DNA of 64,000 nucleotides from Pseudomonadota bacterium (GTDB taxonomy: Bacteria > Bdellovibrionota_B > Oligoflexia > Oligoflexales > CAIYRB01): assembly GCA_026390445.1 (NCBI GenBank), contig JAPLFX010000049.1, positions 10,533 to 74,532 on the forward strand. Direction: 5' to 3'. Each line of letters starts with the position of its first letter. Within the stretch, counting starts at the first letter, position 1. Below, one piece after another: positions 19,725-30,484 of this stretch. Under the pieces are notes generated by a model. It worked only from the letters and a program-made list of their open reading frames with translations. It did no database searches and was not told where the DNA came from. Position numbers and translations under genes: made by a program.

Positions 19725-20591
19725 TCACATTTTCTTCAGCTTTATGAAAGCCTTCCCTTGATAATCGAGCTCGACTCGTAAGGCTTGCTCCTTCCTTTTC
19801 GCTAACTTGTCCAGGATCCCTTGGAGTTTATCTAACTTGGGTGCAAAGGGTGCCCGCCCTAGCGCCACCTCGGTGCCCTGAGGAAGTAGTTGCGCGAAAA
19901 AGCCGCGGTACCTACGCACCTCGAGCTTGGCAAAGGAAAAGCCCCTAGCGCGACCCTCGGCCAAGAGTTCAACGGCTTCCTTGGTCAGGGCCCTCTCTTC
20001 GGCGTTTAGAATCATGGTGAGGTCCCCGGCCGCAGTGAGTCGTCGTCCATGTTCGAAGACCCCTGTTAACGTTGGGCCAGGACAGCTATTTGACTGGCCG
20101 TCAGGCACTTGGCCGTAGATTTCCCCGGTGGTCGAAATATAGCGCAATAGATCCGCTTCTATACACAAGGCAGCGTGGCGCTGCGTCACGCTAATAGCGA
20201 TCATCCGAGCGGATACCTTGACCAAGCGAACATCGGCGTAGGCATCTAGCTTTTGGATGGCGAGGCCGGCTTTGGTCAGCTCTGCAAGTGACGCATCGCC
20301 AATGAGCGATCTTGCGGTTGCGATGATCTGAGCTTGCGCGGCTTCACTAAGCGGTAGGTCGTCTCTGAGCTTCAAGGAGAATTGCCAGTCGGCTTTTGCG
20401 AGAGCAGGAGGGATGACGTCCTGCTTTTTACTTGGGCTAAGGCCACGGTAGATGAGGGCAGATAACATTAGGGCTGCGGCGCCTAGTACAAGCCCTATGA
20501 ACATGGGCCTAGTCCAAACTGGCCGTTTGACCCGAGGTCTTTGCCGCTTCAGTACCGATTCAGGTCGCCCCTTGCCGCGGCGGTGTTTCAT
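19725..20591 (-). CDS. ftsQ: Divergent FtsQ/DivIB-like protein
   Basis: Basic cytoplasmic tail, one TM, periplasmic domain ending RVELDY..AFIK. Sits directly before ftsA. Start probably ATG 20591. Confidence 0.7.
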   Translation of the reverse strand: MKHRRGKGRPESVLKRQRPRVKRPVWTRPMFIGLVLGAAALMLSALIYRGLSPSKKQDVIPPALAKADWQFSLKLRDDLPLSEAAQAQIIATARSLIGDASLAELTKAGLAIQKLDAYADVRLVKVSARMIAISVTQRHAALCIEADLLRYISTTGEIYGQVPDGQSNSCPGPTLTGVFEHGRRLTAAGDLTMILNAEERALTKEAVELLAEGRARGFSFAKLEVRRYRGFFAQLLPQGTEVALGRAPFAPKLDKLQGILDKLAKRKEQALRVELDYQGKAFIKLKKM

Positions 20592-21960
20592 GCAACGCAT
20601 CCTTAAGCTGATAGGCGACGCGTCCGACGTCACCAGCACCAACGGTCAGGACGACCGCCGGACTACTTAAATAGCGTAGCACTGACATCGCGGCGTCCGT
20701 TAACTCCTCGCAAGGAAAAGTCTTAATGGGGAACCTTCGAGCTAAATCCTGAGCCAAGCGACCAGGCGAGAAATCCTCGGAAGTCGTTTCGCCGGCGCTA
20801 TAAACCGGAACAATGTAGACGTAGTCGGCAGCATGCAAGGCGTCGAGCATTGCATCGTACATGGTTTCAAGCCGGCTATAGCGATGTGGCTGGTAAACAA
20901 CGTGCAGCGTCGCCTCGGGCCATGTTTCCTTAAGCGTCTTGACACAAGCCGCTACCTTGCCCGGATTGTGCGCGTAGTCATCGAAAATTCTTATGCCATG
21001 TTGGTGATAGACCGGTGCCATGCGGCGGGCGACTCCGGCGAATTCGCCGAGGCTCTGCGCAGCTCGGCGCACATCGAGACCAAGAGCCCGAACGACTGCA
21101 AGGGTGCAAAGTGCATTTTGAACATTGTGCCGACCAACCGCCGGCAGCAGGCATTCGATACGGTCGCGCTCGACAACTGCGGAAAACCTGGTGCGACCCT
21201 GCTCAGAACAAATGTCGAAGGCTCGAACTTCGCTGCCGAGTATCGTGCCAAAGGTCAGTCGTGGACCCTTGTAAGCACTGCCAATCTTTCGGCTTAGCGG
21301 GTGGTCCCAGCCGATCACGGCGCGGCCATCAGGATCAATATGTGTTAGATAAGTAGCAAAGGCCGCCTCGAGGCGCTCCGCCGTTTTAAAATAATCCAAG
21401 TGGTCCAATTCGACATTGGTGAGGACGCCGATGAACGGCCGATACTTTAAAAAAGAGCCGTCCGATTCGTCAGCTTCGGCGACAAATAGTGGCCCCTGAC
21501 CTATGCGTGCCGGGCTCTGGTAGCGCAACATGTCGCCGCCGATTGCTGCCCAAGGTGACATGCCGAGGTCGTCTAGAACATGGGTGATCATCGCTGAAGT
21601 GGTCGATTTTCCATGCGTACCGGCGACGGTAATCGCTGTCTTGTTCGCCATGAGCTGAGCGAGAAAATCGCTGCGATGCAGCAGCGGCAGGCCGCGGCGT
21701 TGTGCCTCGAGAAACTCAATGTTTTCGCTGCCGATGGCAGAGGAGTAGACGACGCTGTTGGCATTTTGAATGGCATCGGCCGTGTGCGCGGTGAAAATAT
21801 CCGCTCCCAATTCGCCTAGCCGGTGCAGCATACTTGAGGCCTTTAGGTCGCTGCCTTGGACGTGGTAGTCCAAGTGAAGCGCGAGTTCAGCCAGGCCAGA
21901 CATGCCGCTACCGCCGATGCCAATAAAATGAACGGTACCCTTAGGCGCCTTCTCCCGCAT
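20560..21960 (-). CDS. murC: UDP-N-acetylmuramate--L-alanine ligase
   Basis: HFIGIGGSGMS, AGTHGKSTT, EADESDGSF, DDYAHNP. Confidence 0.98.
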   Translation of the reverse strand: MREKAPKGTVHFIGIGGSGMSGLAELALHLDYHVQGSDLKASSMLHRLGELGADIFTAHTADAIQNANSVVYSSAIGSENIEFLEAQRRGLPLLHRSDFLAQLMANKTAITVAGTHGKSTTSAMITHVLDDLGMSPWAAIGGDMLRYQSPARIGQGPLFVAEADESDGSFLKYRPFIGVLTNVELDHLDYFKTAERLEAAFATYLTHIDPDGRAVIGWDHPLSRKIGSAYKGPRLTFGTILGSEVRAFDICSEQGRTRFSAVVERDRIECLLPAVGRHNVQNALCTLAVVRALGLDVRRAAQSLGEFAGVARRMAPVYHQHGIRIFDDYAHNPGKVAACVKTLKETWPEATLHVVYQPHRYSRLETMYDAMLDALHAADYVYIVPVYSAGETTSEDFSPGRLAQDLARRFPIKTFPCEELTDAAMSVLRYLSSPAVVLTVGAGDVGRVAYQLKDALHETPPRQGAT

Positions 21961-23101
21961 GCGTATATTGCACCTCCGCAGCCGTGGCCGACTCTTTTGC
22001 CAGCCTGGCCAAGATAGCGGAAATGACCAGAAATACTAGCAGTGAACTGTTACCACTGGAGACTAGAGGCAAGGTCATGCCCTTGGTGGGGAGTAGGCCC
22101 ATGCAGACCCCCATATTTATGCATGCCTGTACGGCTAAAGTGGTGGTCAAGCCAAAGGCGAGAAAGCGCCGATACGCAGTTGGTTGGCTGACACTTACCT
22201 GAAATCCCATCAGAGTTAAGTAAACAAAAGATGAACAGACGACTAAAACTCCCATCAAGCCGAGCTCTTCCCCGATGACTGCGAGGATGAAATCAGTATG
22301 CGCCTCAGGTAAGAAGAATAGCTTTTGCTTTGATTCGCCTAAGCCGACGCCAAATAGTCCACCATTTTGAAAGGCGACGAAGCTTTGGATGATCTGAAAC
22401 CCGCTGCCCTTTACCTGTGACCAGGGATCGAGAAAGCCCAGGATCCGCTTTATCCGGTAAGGCTCAAATATAACTGCAAATGTGACGGCCGATGCGGCTA
22501 GGCCAAGTCCGCCGAAGACAAACCTTCGACTAAGCCCGGCTGCGAACATCATAAAAAATGTGATCGCAAACAACAATACGGGTGTACCCAGGTCCTTTTG
22601 CATCAGTAAGAGACCAGCAAGGACTGCAAATACCGCCAAGTTTGGTAGTATTCCTTTTCTTAGGCTGTTCATGTCACTTTTGTCACGGCTGAGGTTTCGT
22701 GCCAAAAACAGGACCATCGCTAGTTTGGTCAGCTCCGATGGTTGGCCCCCGATAAAAGGAAGGTTGAGCCAACGCGAAGCCCCGCCGATCTTTACGTACA
22801 TTCCTGGGACGAAAATCAATGACAAGAGAAAGAGAGTTACTGCCATGACTGGAATAGTCATGTGTTCGATCCATTTCATCGGTAGTCGCTGCAAGGCGAA
22901 GAAGGCGCCAAAGCCAGCGACTGCAGCAATCAGCTGCTTTCGTAAAAAAATATATTCATCGCCGAACTGCTGGGCACCTTTTAGCGATGATGCCGCATAG
23001 ATGGCAATGAGTCCGATCACCGTGAGCAGCAGTACCACAAGGGTAATAGCTGCCTGCGCGTTGGGTCGACCTGGTGTCGGAGCAGACTTAGCTTTCGACA
23101 T
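21941..23101 (-). CDS. ftsW: Peptidoglycan polymerase FtsW
   Basis: GASRWL, QPSELTK, LPEAHTDFI, PTKGMTLPLVS. Confidence 0.97.
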   Translation of the reverse strand: MSKAKSAPTPGRPNAQAAITLVVLLLTVIGLIAIYAASSLKGAQQFGDEYIFLRKQLIAAVAGFGAFFALQRLPMKWIEHMTIPVMAVTLFLLSLIFVPGMYVKIGGASRWLNLPFIGGQPSELTKLAMVLFLARNLSRDKSDMNSLRKGILPNLAVFAVLAGLLLMQKDLGTPVLLFAITFFMMFAAGLSRRFVFGGLGLAASAVTFAVIFEPYRIKRILGFLDPWSQVKGSGFQIIQSFVAFQNGGLFGVGLGESKQKLFFLPEAHTDFILAVIGEELGLMGVLVVCSSFVYLTLMGFQVSVSQPTAYRRFLAFGLTTTLAVQACINMGVCMGLLPTKGMTLPLVSSGNSSLLVFLVISAILARLAKESATAAEVQYTHAGEGA

Positions 23102-23125
23102 AGAAATCGTACCTCGCAGCAAGAA

Positions 23126-24403
23126 TTATCGGTCCAAAAGTGGCATGACGGCTTGACGAAAAAAGTCACCACGCTGTTCATAGTTGCGAAACTCATCGAA
23201 ACTGGCGCAGCCTGGCGAAAAGAGCACGCCACATTGGTACCGTCCTATTATGCCACCTAATTGCTCCATAGCGGCCTTTAGAGTGGAAAACTCTTGGATA
23301 GGGAAGGCTCCTGAAAGGTCCTTGGCGATATCCCCGCCGCTCGCGCCAAAAGTAATCAAAACAGCAATCTTACTTCGTTCGGAAAGAATCGGACCATACG
23401 GTTCATCTTTACCTTTGCCACCCATGAGTAGAATCGTCGCGCCGCCTTGGCTCGCTAGCGCGACCAAGGTGGACTCAACATTCGTCGATTTGCTGTCGTT
23501 GACGACGGGTTGGCCTCGAATGTAACCGATGCGCTCACAACGGTGAGGGAGGCCGTGAAAATCAGCCAGATAAGGCGTCAATTCAGCCGCCGGGCGGCCT
23601 AACAAATGGGCTACCGCTGACACAGCGAAACCGGCGTTGAGGCGGTTCTGCGCTTCTCCCATGGACGGCGGAGCGAGGCTCTTCAGATAGTCTACGGAAG
23701 TCAGAGGTGGGTGTTGCGAACTCTTTAGGCTAAAGCCGAGCGACTTGGCCTGAAGGTAGATCGCCTCTGGTATAATCGCCAGCGCTTGGTTGGGAAGGTT
23801 GGAAAAGAGTCGCCATTTGGCAGCAAAATAAGCGGCTAAAGAGCCATGTCTGGCGATGTGGTCATGAGAGAAGCTGGTAAAAATCGCTGCCTCAGCCTGA
23901 ACCTGGGCGGACGCTTCCAGCTGGTAGGACGATAGCTCCAGGACCAAGAAGTCCTTCATTCGTCCTTCGGCCAGCATCAAGGTCGGCGGGTCACCGAAGT
24001 TTCCCCCGACACAGACTTCGTGGCCCAGGCGTGAAAGCAAATGGCCAATCATGGCACATGTCGTACTTTTGCCATTGGTTCCAGTAACAGCGATCACTCG
24101 AGCCCGACTGTTGCGAAGGGCTAAGTCGATTTCGGAAAGGACCACTAGGCCGCGATCACGTGCAGCCTGTAAAACCGGGTGTTGGCTGGGAACGCCAGGA
24201 GATACGATGACCTGGGAGATGCCGTCCAAATGACTTAGGTGATGACCACCATCGCGTAGTTCAACGCCTAAGTCGAGAAAGCGCCTGGCTTCCTCAGGAC
24301 TCAGTTTGGCGCGCTCGCTAAGTCGGACCTTTTGCCCAATTCCGGTCAAATAGGATGCTGCACCGTAGCCGGACACTCCACCACCGATGATTAGCGAACT
24401 CAT
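23126..24403 (-). CDS. murD: UDP-MurNAc-L-Ala--D-Glu ligase
   Basis: TGTNGKSTT, LELSSYQL, NDSKSTN, SPGCASFD. Confidence 0.97.
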   Translation of the reverse strand: MSSLIIGGGVSGYGAASYLTGIGQKVRLSERAKLSPEEARRFLDLGVELRDGGHHLSHLDGISQVIVSPGVPSQHPVLQAARDRGLVVLSEIDLALRNSRARVIAVTGTNGKSTTCAMIGHLLSRLGHEVCVGGNFGDPPTLMLAEGRMKDFLVLELSSYQLEASAQVQAEAAIFTSFSHDHIARHGSLAAYFAAKWRLFSNLPNQALAIIPEAIYLQAKSLGFSLKSSQHPPLTSVDYLKSLAPPSMGEAQNRLNAGFAVSAVAHLLGRPAAELTPYLADFHGLPHRCERIGYIRGQPVVNDSKSTNVESTLVALASQGGATILLMGGKGKDEPYGPILSERSKIAVLITFGASGGDIAKDLSGAFPIQEFSTLKAAMEQLGGIIGRYQCGVLFSPGCASFDEFRNYEQRGDFFRQAVMPLLDR

Positions 24404-25824
24404 GGACTCCTTGCCGCCGTAGTTGTTAAAGCTTCGACTAATTTAGCTAATTTCACGCCGTTAGAGCCTTTTATATACAGGACGTCGCAGCAATCTTCAA
24501 AGGCCACATGATCGGCTAAAAGGTCCAAAACGCTTGAATACGAACGAAGCTGGTCCGGCGGATAGTGACCGGCGCGCGCGCCTTCGGCAAAAACCCTTGC
24601 CTCTTCCCCGATGGTGGCAAGAAGTGTCGGCCGCATTGGGGCGATCAATTCCAACCCGAGGCGGCGATGCTGTGCATGACTGTCGTTACCGAGCTCTAAC
24701 ATATCGCCAAGAACCAATCCAATGCGCTTGCCTTGATAACTGCGAGCGACGGTTGCAAGTCCGGCGGCCAGACTTTCGGGGTTAGCGTTGTAGGTATCGT
24801 CTATGACTGTCAGGCGGCGCACCTGGTGAATTTGGTAGCGCCCCTTTGCGCCGCTAAACCCGGTAAGACCAGCCGCGACGCATTCAACCTTAGCCCCTGC
24901 GGCCACGGCCATAGCGGCGGCGGCGGCCGCATTGACCGCAAACATCGCATGCGCCACTCCCATCTCAAAACAGGACCGCGTACCAAGCACGTTTAGCGTC
25001 ACCTGCATGCCACTTGCGTTGGCAAGCCAATGACAGCTTTCGACTTGGACATCAGCTCCTGGCGCGGTGCCGAAGGAAATGGTTTTCTTTCCCGTTGCCT
25101 TGGCACCTGTCATAATTCGTGGATCATCGAAGTTGGCGATCTGAATAGAGTTTGACGCACCATATTGAAAAATTTCTAGTTTAGTCGCAAGCAGCTTTTC
25201 TACTGAACCGAAGATTCCCACATGGGCCGTGCCAACGTTGAGCAGGCAAGTCACGTCAGGGGTTGCGAGCTTGCATAGGAAGGCAATATTGCCTGTCTGT
25301 CTCGCACCAAACTCCAGCACTGCATAGCGATGATCGCTCCGCAGCAACTGCAGCGTCTTAGGCACCCCAATTTCATTGTTGAAGTTTGCCTCAGTGGCAA
25401 GAGTCGGGCCGCTTTGCCGCAGTATCCGAGCCAGCATTTCCTTGGTCGTCGTCTTGCCAGCGGAGCCGGTTAGAGCGACGAGTTTCAGCTGCGGCATCTG
25501 CCGTCTCCAGCCGGAAGCGGCCTTTTGCAGAGCTTCAAGAGGGTACTTAACTGCTAGGCCCAACTTTCGCTCTGCTGCTGAAAATTCACTGCCTCGGGCT
25601 GCGGCGTAGAAGAAGCCTGCGGCGCCTTGGGCTAGAGCCTGCGAAACGTAGCGGTGACCGTCAAAGGACTCGCCACTAAGCGGTACAAACCAATCTCCAG
25701 CCTTGATCGAGCGTGAGTCTGTAGAAAGGCGAGCAAGTGCCGGCGCGGGTAGCTCCGGCGGCACGAACGATTCGAGTTGCAACCATCGCTTATAGTCGTC
25801 CCAGGTTACTGCCTTTGAATCCAC
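24400..25824 (-). CDS. murF: UDP-MurNAc-tripeptide--D-Ala-D-Ala ligase
   Basis: TGSAGKTTTKE, NFNNEIGVP, DDTYNANPES, GDMLELG. Confidence 0.97.
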   Translation of the reverse strand: MDSKAVTWDDYKRWLQLESFVPPELPAPALARLSTDSRSIKAGDWFVPLSGESFDGHRYVSQALAQGAAGFFYAAARGSEFSAAERKLGLAVKYPLEALQKAASGWRRQMPQLKLVALTGSAGKTTTKEMLARILRQSGPTLATEANFNNEIGVPKTLQLLRSDHRYAVLEFGARQTGNIAFLCKLATPDVTCLLNVGTAHVGIFGSVEKLLATKLEIFQYGASNSIQIANFDDPRIMTGAKATGKKTISFGTAPGADVQVESCHWLANASGMQVTLNVLGTRSCFEMGVAHAMFAVNAAAAAAMAVAAGAKVECVAAGLTGFSGAKGRYQIHQVRRLTVIDDTYNANPESLAAGLATVARSYQGKRIGLVLGDMLELGNDSHAQHRRLGLELIAPMRPTLLATIGEEARVFAEGARAGHYPPDQLRSYSSVLDLLADHVAFEDCCDVLYIKGSNGVKLAKLVEALTTTAARSP

Positions 25825-25877
25825 AGTCAGCCTCCCACAAATTAGCCGGATATTCTAGTAGACGATTGTAATGACTG

Positions 25878-27404
25878 CTAGGTGTCGCCGCCAAGGTAAC
25901 GCTTAGCGACCAATCGGTCATCGAAGGGCAAGAAGTGTCCATGGATGATCTGATGGGTCTCATGGCCCTTGCCAGCGATTAAAACGATATCGTCAGGTCC
26001 AGCAGCTTTGATGGCTGCCGCAATGGCTTGTTCGCGGTCGATGATTTGGTTGACCGACCCAGTATGGGCAAATCCGGCACAGATCTCAGTGATGATATGT
26101 TGGGGGTCCTCGCTGCGCGGGTTGTCAGAGGTGACGAAGACACAATCGGCAAGGCGACACGCGATCTCTCCCATGAGAGGGCGCTTGCCTCGGTCACGGT
26201 CTCCACCGCAGCCAAACACCAAGATCATGCGACCGCGGCAAAGCGGGCGAAGGACCGAGAGGGTCTTTTCTAAGGCATCGGGAGTGTGCGCATAGTCCAC
26301 GACGACCGTTGGCCCACCGGGTTTATAGACCTGCTCAAGTCGTCCGGGCACCGGTCGAAGCTTGTCCCAACTAGTACTTGATAGCCATTCACCGCATGCC
26401 TTTGCGGCGAGCAAATATGCTGCGGCAAAGTTTTGCAGGGCGTGACCGGAAAAATACGGCACCCTCCCTGTCACACTTTTGCTACCAAGTGTCAGTGTCA
26501 GGTCAGTACCCGAGGCGCTGGTCTTATGTACCGAGATGAGTAGTTCGGACGGCGTAGCGCTCTCCCCAGCAGCCTCGCGGTAAGTCAAAAGTTCGCCTTT
26601 GATCTGCGGGGCGGGAATAGTTCTTGGCAGATTCGCCGCAATGACGTGACAGGTATCTGCCTGGTTTTGCCGTGTGAACAGCGTCAACTTAGCTTGCCAG
26701 TAACTTTCCAGATCATGGTGAAAGTCGAGGTGATCGCGCGAAAAACTGGTGAACGCAGTACCTTCAAAGTGCAGCGGAGCAATCTTGCCTTGGCATAGGG
26801 CGTGTGAAGAGACCTCCATAGCTACATGATGCAAGCCGAGTGCGACGGCGTGTGCTAGATGCGCGAATAGAACATCAGGATCAGGGGTTGTATGTACAAG
26901 CGGCCATTCTTCGTCACCAAAAAACGCGCCTAGTGTGCCTAAAGTCAGACAACCTACTCCCGCAAGTCGAAGCAGTTCCCCAAGCATCCACACGGTGCTG
27001 GTTTTACCATTTGTACCAGTGACCCCAAACAATCGCAGCTTTTGCTCGGGATTGCCGTGGGCAGCTGCCGCTAGATGCGCCCAGGCTTCGCGAGCATTGC
27101 TGACTTGAAGCCAGGGCTTCGCAAGGATTTTGGCAGAGTGTGCCGCAGTTTCGAAGATGACTAGTTGGGCGCCGCGCTCTATGGCCATGGGAATATGCAG
27201 GTGGCCGTCGGAATGAACTCCGCGGTACGCCAAAAACACGTCGCCTGGCTGGACGAGGCGAGAGTCGGTGACTAGCCCTCCGACGCGAGTTGGATCCTTA
27301 GCAGTAACCGAGCTCTGTGCTATGAGTAGGCCCTGGGACTTTAGCACTGAGCAGGCGAGTTCTGCTGTCAGCCTAGAGCTTGCGAGCGTCCGCTTCATGT
27401 CCAT
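25878..27404 (-). CDS. murE: UDP-MurNAc-dipeptide--meso-DAP ligase
   Basis: TGTNGKTS, MEVSSH, DYAHTPD, SDNPR (DAP-type), AGKGHE. Confidence 0.97.
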   Translation of the reverse strand: MDMKRTLASSRLTAELACSVLKSQGLLIAQSSVTAKDPTRVGGLVTDSRLVQPGDVFLAYRGVHSDGHLHIPMAIERGAQLVIFETAAHSAKILAKPWLQVSNAREAWAHLAAAAHGNPEQKLRLFGVTGTNGKTSTVWMLGELLRLAGVGCLTLGTLGAFFGDEEWPLVHTTPDPDVLFAHLAHAVALGLHHVAMEVSSHALCQGKIAPLHFEGTAFTSFSRDHLDFHHDLESYWQAKLTLFTRQNQADTCHVIAANLPRTIPAPQIKGELLTYREAAGESATPSELLISVHKTSASGTDLTLTLGSKSVTGRVPYFSGHALQNFAAAYLLAAKACGEWLSSTSWDKLRPVPGRLEQVYKPGGPTVVVDYAHTPDALEKTLSVLRPLCRGRMILVFGCGGDRDRGKRPLMGEIACRLADCVFVTSDNPRSEDPQHIITEICAGFAHTGSVNQIIDREQAIAAAIKAAGPDDIVLIAGKGHETHQIIHGHFLPFDDRLVAKRYLGGDT

Positions 27405-29223
27405 GTTTGTCGTCTTTCGCTAGCGGCGGCTGAAGCGACGCATCGCTCTTGGCTGGCTTGTCCGGGGCGACATTAAGGTACTTCAGGCTGCGCTCAGCAA
27501 TCCCCGCAAACACTGGCGCAGCAGCCACGCCACCATAATAGGACAGTCCGCTGGGTTCGTCGATTAAGACATAGATCACCAGATGGGGGTCTTGAACGGG
27601 TGAAAACCCAATAAAACTGCCGATATATTTGCCCTTGGCGTAGCCTTTGACACCAGGCTCGACCTTTTGCGCCGTCCCGGTTTTGCCCGCCACCGTGTAC
27701 AGGTTGGTTGCAGCCTTTTTACCGGTGCCGTCTTCATTAGAAACGACCTGTTCTAGAATGCCGCGCATCGTTCGCGCCGTGGCAGGCGAAACCGCCTCGC
27801 GAATGACCTGGGTTGGCGTGCTGTTGACGACGAGGCCATCAGATGAAATGACCCGCTCGACTAAAACAGGTTTCATCAAGTGACCGCCGTTGGCCAATGC
27901 CCCCATTGCTTGAACTAGTTCCAGGCCGGTGACGGCAAAGCCATGGCCAAAGGCCACATTGGCAAAGCGAATAGTCGCCCATTTACGAAAATCTGAAATA
28001 TATCCTACCGTCTCGCCAGGAAAGCCGATGAGCCCGTTGTGCGTGCTGAAACCGAAGTCTTTGAGGGCGTGGTAAGTAGCTTCTTTACCCATTTTATTTG
28101 CGATCTTATAGGTGCATATATTGCTGGACCGGATCAGCGTCTGCGCCGTCGTCAAGGAGGCAGCAGCGTGATCATCGTGGATGATGTGTTTACCAATGCG
28201 CATAGCACCATGGTCGCAATCGTGTTCTTCATTTGGCGAGGTCGACTTGATATCAATCGCGTGAGCAATGACAAATGGCTTAACGACCGATCCCGGCTCA
28301 AAGGTGTCTAGCAGCGCCGTGTTACGCGCCTCGGCCAAGGTCACCTTACGGCTGTTGTTTGGGTCAAAGGTCGGGTAGTTAGCGACCGCTAAGATCCGCC
28401 CTGTGTGCGGGTCAGAAACAATGGCAAAGCCCTTTTTAGCCTTGGTTTTGCGCACTCCCGCCGCCAACTCATCCTCGGCGATCTCCTGGATAACCCGGTC
28501 TATGGTCAAATAGACACTATTTCCGGTGCGTTCTGGTGCCGCGCCGGCCGATTCGCTGACAATAAATTGACCGCGCGCATCCTTGCTTGCCATGACCTTG
28601 AAAGCCTTGCCCTTGAGGTCCTTATCGAACTGCCTTTCAAGACCAGACAGTCCACTGTTGTCGAGGCCAATAAAGCCAAGGACCTGCGCCGCAGCGTTGC
28701 CGGCAGGATAGTACCTGGCCGGTTCGCTGATTTGGACTAATCCGGCCAGTTCCAGGTTCATCACTTCGTCGGCGACTCGCGGATCGAGTTGTCTTGCTAG
28801 CCATGCGAAGTAGCTCCTTTTTGCTGCCAAACGTCGGACTTTTTGCGGCGTCAGTTTTAGGATACGGGCTAGATGCGTTAGCTCATTCGGCGAAGGGCGA
28901 AATAGTCTGGGATTAATCGCTAGTGAAGGGCGTTTGACACTGATGGCTAGGGCTTCGCCTCGATGGTCATAGATGGCGCCGCGGTAGGGTGCAAGGTCGA
29001 CCTCCTGCTGATATTGGTTATCGGCGATATGGTGCAGAGCATTGCTTTGTGCTGGGAACAAATGGAGTAGCGTCGCTCGAGTGGCGATGATGCCAAACAA
29101 GCCGAGCAAGGCCCAGCGCACCACCTTGGCCCGATCATTGCGGAAATCGCCAGGTTGGGTGCGGGGTGCGCGCATCCACAATTTAGACTTGAGTTGTCGC
29201 AACATCGTCTTAGGGCCGATCAC
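27373..29223 (-). CDS. ftsI: Septal transpeptidase PBP3
   Basis: RGAIYD, EPGSVVK (SxxK), RSSN, KTGTAQK. Confidence 0.96.
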   Translation of the reverse strand: MIGPKTMLRQLKSKLWMRAPRTQPGDFRNDRAKVVRWALLGLFGIIATRATLLHLFPAQSNALHHIADNQYQQEVDLAPYRGAIYDHRGEALAISVKRPSLAINPRLFRPSPNELTHLARILKLTPQKVRRLAAKRSYFAWLARQLDPRVADEVMNLELAGLVQISEPARYYPAGNAAAQVLGFIGLDNSGLSGLERQFDKDLKGKAFKVMASKDARGQFIVSESAGAAPERTGNSVYLTIDRVIQEIAEDELAAGVRKTKAKKGFAIVSDPHTGRILAVANYPTFDPNNSRKVTLAEARNTALLDTFEPGSVVKPFVIAHAIDIKSTSPNEEHDCDHGAMRIGKHIIHDDHAAASLTTAQTLIRSSNICTYKIANKMGKEATYHALKDFGFSTHNGLIGFPGETVGYISDFRKWATIRFANVAFGHGFAVTGLELVQAMGALANGGHLMKPVLVERVISSDGLVVNSTPTQVIREAVSPATARTMRGILEQVVSNEDGTGKKAATNLYTVAGKTGTAQKVEPGVKGYAKGKYIGSFIGFSPVQDPHLVIYVLIDEPSGLSYYGGVAAAPVFAGIAERSLKYLNVAPDKPAKSDASLQPPLAKDDKHGHEADARKL

Positions 29224-29498
29224 TTGAGCGCGTAAGTCCCTTCGCCTACACCTTGGGTGGTGGCGTCAGTCATTAGCGTTAGATGCTTTTGCGTCGTCAT
29301 CTTCGCCAACTGCATCTTAAGTGTACTGCGTTCTTCTAGGAGTTTCGCCTCCTGAGACTTTAGTTGCCCGATTCGATACCCGATGAGCGTCGTCTGTGAC
29401 CGGATATGAATGCGACTTAGGGCTAGAGCAAGTAGCGTTGAAGCTGCAAAAGCAGCAAGGGTCATGCTTGACCAGACCGGCTTACGAAGTTGCAACAT
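29220..29498 (-). CDS. ftsL: FtsL-like cell division protein
   Basis: TM plus leucine zipper, between rsmH and ftsI. Confidence 0.75.
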   Translation of the reverse strand: MLQLRKPVWSSMTLAAFAASTLLALALSRIHIRSQTTLIGYRIGQLKSQEAKLLEERSTLKMQLAKMTTQKHLTLMTDATTQGVGEGTYALK

Positions 29499-29524
29499 AG
29501 TTCAATGTCCTAGGCTGAGGTGGG

Positions 29525-30484
29525 CTAGATCTTTTCTATCGTACGTAGCTTTGCACTGCGGGCTCTAGGGTTAGCCCGGATTTGGGCCTCGCTAGGTAGC
29601 ATTGGGAATGGTTTAATGATTTGGCCGCGTACCTGCATGAGTTGCACGACGTCGACTTCACGCAGGGGAATGTCGCGAGGAATATCCGCCCTTTCGCGGC
29701 GTCCGGTTAGCGCCAAGAAGCCATGCTTAACTAGCCGATCTTCAAGGGAATGGAAGCTAATAATGGCGAATCGTCCGTGCGGCTTAAGCACAGAAAAGCC
29801 GCTATCCAGCATCGATTGCAACTCGCCCAGCTCGTCATTTACGGCAATCCTAAGGGCCTGAAAGGTCCGGGTGGCAGGATGCTTGCGGCTGGCCGTTGGG
29901 TAAGCGGCGGCGGCTTTCACCAGAGCTGCAAGCTGCGCCGTGGTCGTAATCGGGGTTTCATCTCGGGTATGGACGATGCGTTTGGCTATTTGGCGTGCTT
30001 TTGGCTCTTCGCCATATTCGCGCAGCAGTTGCGTCAGCGCGTCTAGCTCAATGTCAGCAAGGAGCTCAGCGGCCGTCTGACCCCCCTCTTGATCCATCCG
30101 CATGTCCAGTGGCGCATCATTTTGAAAGGAAAAGCCGCGCTCGACCTCGTCCAAATGCATACTGGAAACACCAATATCGGCGCAAACACCGGCTATTTTC
30201 CCCGTCAACCCAGCCGCATCCACGACTTGCCCGAGTGACGAGAAGGGCCCCTTGATCAAGCGCAAGCATCCGGTGGCCAAGGGACCTGCGAGGCGTTCGC
30301 GGGCTAATCCAAGTGCCCGCTCATCGCGGTCAAAGCCTAGGATCAGTCCTTTGGGACCAACCGCTTGAAGCATCTTTTCGGTATGCCCCGCACCGCCAAC
30401 TGTGCAGTCGATCGCAATATCGCCCGCCTTCAGCGCGAGTGCGTTGACGAGTTCATCAAGAAGTACGGTCTGATGGGGTGTCAA
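29525..30484 (-). CDS. rsmH: 16S rRNA m4C1402 methyltransferase
   Basis: HQTVLLDE, DCTVGGAGH, GVSSMHLD..RGFSF, FHSLEDR, NPRARSAKLR. Probable TTG start at 30484 overlapping the mraZ stop. Confidence 0.96.
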   Translation of the reverse strand: MTPHQTVLLDELVNALALKAGDIAIDCTVGGAGHTEKMLQAVGPKGLILGFDRDERALGLARERLAGPLATGCLRLIKGPFSSLGQVVDAAGLTGKIAGVCADIGVSSMHLDEVERGFSFQNDAPLDMRMDQEGGQTAAELLADIELDALTQLLREYGEEPKARQIAKRIVHTRDETPITTTAQLAALVKAAAAYPTASRKHPATRTFQALRIAVNDELGELQSMLDSGFSVLKPHGRFAIISFHSLEDRLVKHGFLALTGRRERADIPRDIPLREVDVVQLMQVRGQIIKPFPMLPSEAQIRANPRARSAKLRTIEKI